A stretch of DNA of 64,000 bases, taken from positions 16,926,001 to 16,990,000 of the forward strand of contig JBHGNT010000016.1 in the NCBI GenBank assembly GCA_043228905.1, read 5' to 3'. Positions 61,304-64,000 of this stretch are shown one piece after another; the first letter of the stretch is position 1, and each line of letters starts with the position of its first letter. The translations under genes and the position numbers were made by a program. The stretch comes from Azolla caroliniana (taxonomy: Eukaryota; Plantae; Polypodiophyta). The notes beneath the pieces were generated by a model that did not search any database, had not been told where the DNA came from, and saw nothing but the letters and a program-made list of their open reading frames with translations.

Positions 61304-64000
61304 TGTCGTGATGTGGAGCACCAAGTGTGGGAAAAGTGGGTGCACTAGTGCCAAGAAGGGGTGTGCAAGCGTGGAAGAATAAGGGGACGAAGAGACGTGG
61401 CCATCAACTAGAATCTGAGTAGGGAGTGAAGCAAGGGGCCGAGAAGAGAAGGAGTTTTGGTTGGCCATGCTTGGGAGCCCCTCACATGTGAAGATCCAGA
61501 AAGAAGAGGTGTACCAAGCTGACAAAAGGTGACCAAGTGGAATGACCCGGTGGAAGAGAAGATGGGCCTACTAGAAATTGTGTGCCAAAACTACGAGGTG
61601 AAGGTCAAAGAGAAGAGGGTCAAGAATGAGGAAGGGGTTGGCCTCTCAAGAAAGTACAAGACTTGAGGGACGCAAAGGAAGGATGTAAAAGGAACAGTAC
61701 GTTTGCGGAAGCGTAACAGACACAACCGTTGTCGTGAAGATTCCGGGCCATAGTGAGAAACCAAGGAATATCAAAGGAATCGGTAAGGTGCGCCATGTGC
61801 ACCCACTCTTGTAAAACTTGTATAGGGAAATGGGGGCAACTTTATGACGTTGAGCGGCAATAAAGTCGGGATGGACGATCCCATGTATCACGGGATTTAT
61901 CCCACATAGTCATGCGACCCTTACCTTGTTCTATAAAAGGGAGGGCACGCTTCTTGTACAAGGGTTCCCACCCGTTGGGTCCCAAACAGTTTTGTTCCTC
62001 GTTTTGAGGTTCCGATTAGTGTTAATGAACTTTTGTGTATAACGTCTTTCTTTAGTCTCTATTCTCTATTCTCTATTCTCTATTCTCTATTCTCTATTCT
62101 CTGTTAGGGTTTCATCTTGGAGTGTGTGTTGTCTCTATTTTTTTGTTAGGGTTTCGGTGTCTTCTATGTGCATGCGTAGGTGGTGTGTTTGGTTGTGGCA
62201 GGTGGCGTGCGGACTGTCTATGCTTTCCCTGAGTTCCTACTCGTTAGCTCTCAGCACTCCGTTGTCCGACATGTCTACGAGTGTGTGTGTAGGTGCTGGC
62301 TTCTGCCGCTTATGCAAAGCCTGCGCGCTAGGTGGTTCGTTGGCAGGTCTCCCTCCTTGGCGCGCAAGACTCCACTCGGTTCAGCGAGCACGTGCACTCC
62401 CTAAAGGCAGCTTGGCACAGGAGGCGGTCGTTCTGGAAGAGGCGTGCCTTGTACGAGGGTCTCGTTGCGCGGACGAGCCCAAGAGCTCCCCGACCGGCCC
62501 TACGGTGCAAGCTCCCTTTTCCCCTCCGTGTGGAATTGGTATTGTAGCGAGCGGTGCGTGTGTAGGTGTGTGTGTGTCTCTGGTTAGCGTAGGGTCCGAG
62601 AGCGGGTGCATGTGTGGTCGCCGGTGTAGAGGTGCCGGTTGTAACCGGGTGTGTATATGGGTGTGTGGGTGTGTACGGTCGCGGTTACCGTGCCTCTTTT
62701 GGCCCCCTTGTACATACGGGTGAAAGGGGCGGCGAGGACGAGGGCGCACTCTCTCGCTTCTCGTGTGGTTACCGGTCGCATCCAGAGAGTATCCGAGATC
62801 GAACGGCCGGCAACGTAGCAATCTCCGGAAGATTCGGGTCCCCGGCAACTCCTCCCCTCCTGCTCCATGACCGTAGTGGTTCTGCTTGGATCCAATATGC
62901 AAGCGTGGATATCCGCGACATCTTTGGTGAACCCGACGTGAAGGGCGGCAAGGGAGGATGGAGTTCGAGGCCGAAGACTTCGTGAAGGAGAGTTGAGAAG
63001 CGTCGCATCGAGATGGGCGAGGTCGAGGGAGTCGACCGTTACAACGGGGACGGAGTCCCACGAGTTTCACCTCCGGCTCGACCGTGTAGCATAAAGAGGA
63101 GGAGCTCCGAGCACCTCACAAAGCGCGGTCACCCGGGTGCGAAACGAAGGTGGCATGCGACGACGCGACATCGCAGTAGGAAACGGGGCACGGATGAGAC
63201 AGACGTGGTCGAGCCGGAGGGCAAGCAGGGAACGACAGTGCTGGTATGAGAGAGGGTGTGGGACGAGCCGCCCTCTTTTACATGGGGAGAAAGACCGGCC
63301 GAGCGAAGGTCGAGAATCGGGAAGAAGATGATCAAGGGTACGGAATGAGTTCGGCAGGATCGACATCAGAGCCGAAACTCCAGACATTGGAGAATCAAGC
63401 CCAAGCGGGGCTTGATCGATCACGGAGCAGATGCTTTCCACAACACCACTAAAAGGGTCGATGGCCCCAGATGAGTCGTCGGGAGTCGTTACGAAATCAG
63501 TGTCCCCACATCTTGACCGGAGACTTCGACAGTTCGGCCGGCATGCCAACGTGAGACCGAAAGAGATGGAAGATGGAGGCGGGAGCACAACAAGGAGAGA
63601 TGACGAGTTCGGGAGAAGTACAAGGGATGAAGTGGAGAACGAAGTCCAGTCCTATGGGTCACTTCACACCGGGCTAGAGACTTCGGCGGTTGGCATCGGA
63701 TCCGATGTAAGACCAAGATACTGATGGTGGCGGCAGGAGAACGGGACCTGGCAATCCAGAGAATGACGGATGGACCTGGACAAGAACCGGGCGGGGCAAA
63801 CTTCCGAATAACCGATCCGGGAGGGAGGAGAGAGTAGGCCTACGGAGAGGCCAGGAACACGGTACGTTGGTACCACGGGAGAGGGTGTGGAGCAAGCCAC
63901 GCTCTCGGCTTGCGGAGAAAAATGACCCAGGATAAGGGTCAAAGATACAACAAGCCCTAGGAGGATCCTTCACACCGGTTCTGGAGACTGCGACAGTTGA
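61304..64000 (+). mobile_element. Putative LTR retrotransposon 5' end: long LTR (61304-63237), degenerate iMet PBS, GC-rich leader
   Basis: TGTCGT...ACGACA termini, CTATAAAAGGG at 61931, TGGTATGAGAG at 63242-63252, and an abrupt rise in GC and CpG. No protein domain or second LTR in the window. Confidence 0.55.
62056..62102. repeat. (TCTCTAT)n 7-bp microsatellite
   Basis: About 6.5 perfect copies. Confidence 0.95.

Noticed and set aside
62124-63973. Many overlapping ORFs of 60-230 aa
   Set aside because: GC-rich low-complexity LTR or leader sequence with no recognisable domain.

Overview
Eukaryotic DNA, most likely from a non-seed land plant (inferred from the spliced plant-type gene and the LTR lineages present). 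Most of the window is a nested pile of LTR retrotransposons: at least seven Ty1/Copia insertions, two chromodomain-bearing Ty3/Gypsy elements, several tRNA-Trp-primed non-chromovirus Gypsy copies, and two related elements with a coiled-coil ORF. Most of their ORFs are decayed. The one clear host gene is an intact five-exon aldo-keto reductase (59246-60886, minus strand, 345 aa), with a large putative LTR starting about 420 bp upstream. The most unusual observations are: (1) a 233-bp palindromic mini-element built only from one LTR end of the neighbouring chromovirus, inserted with a perfect 5-bp target duplication; (2) outward-facing tRNA-like Pol III A/B-box cassettes in the LTRs of two unrelated Gypsy families; (3) two elements whose bipartite tRNA-Arg-like PBS lies opposite to their ORF; (4) a Tf1-like self-priming PBS; (5) a scrambled element with inverted LTRs; (6) a GGATTTT-TAG frameshift signal after the protease. 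All coordinates and comparisons were made by eye and lineage names are inferences.
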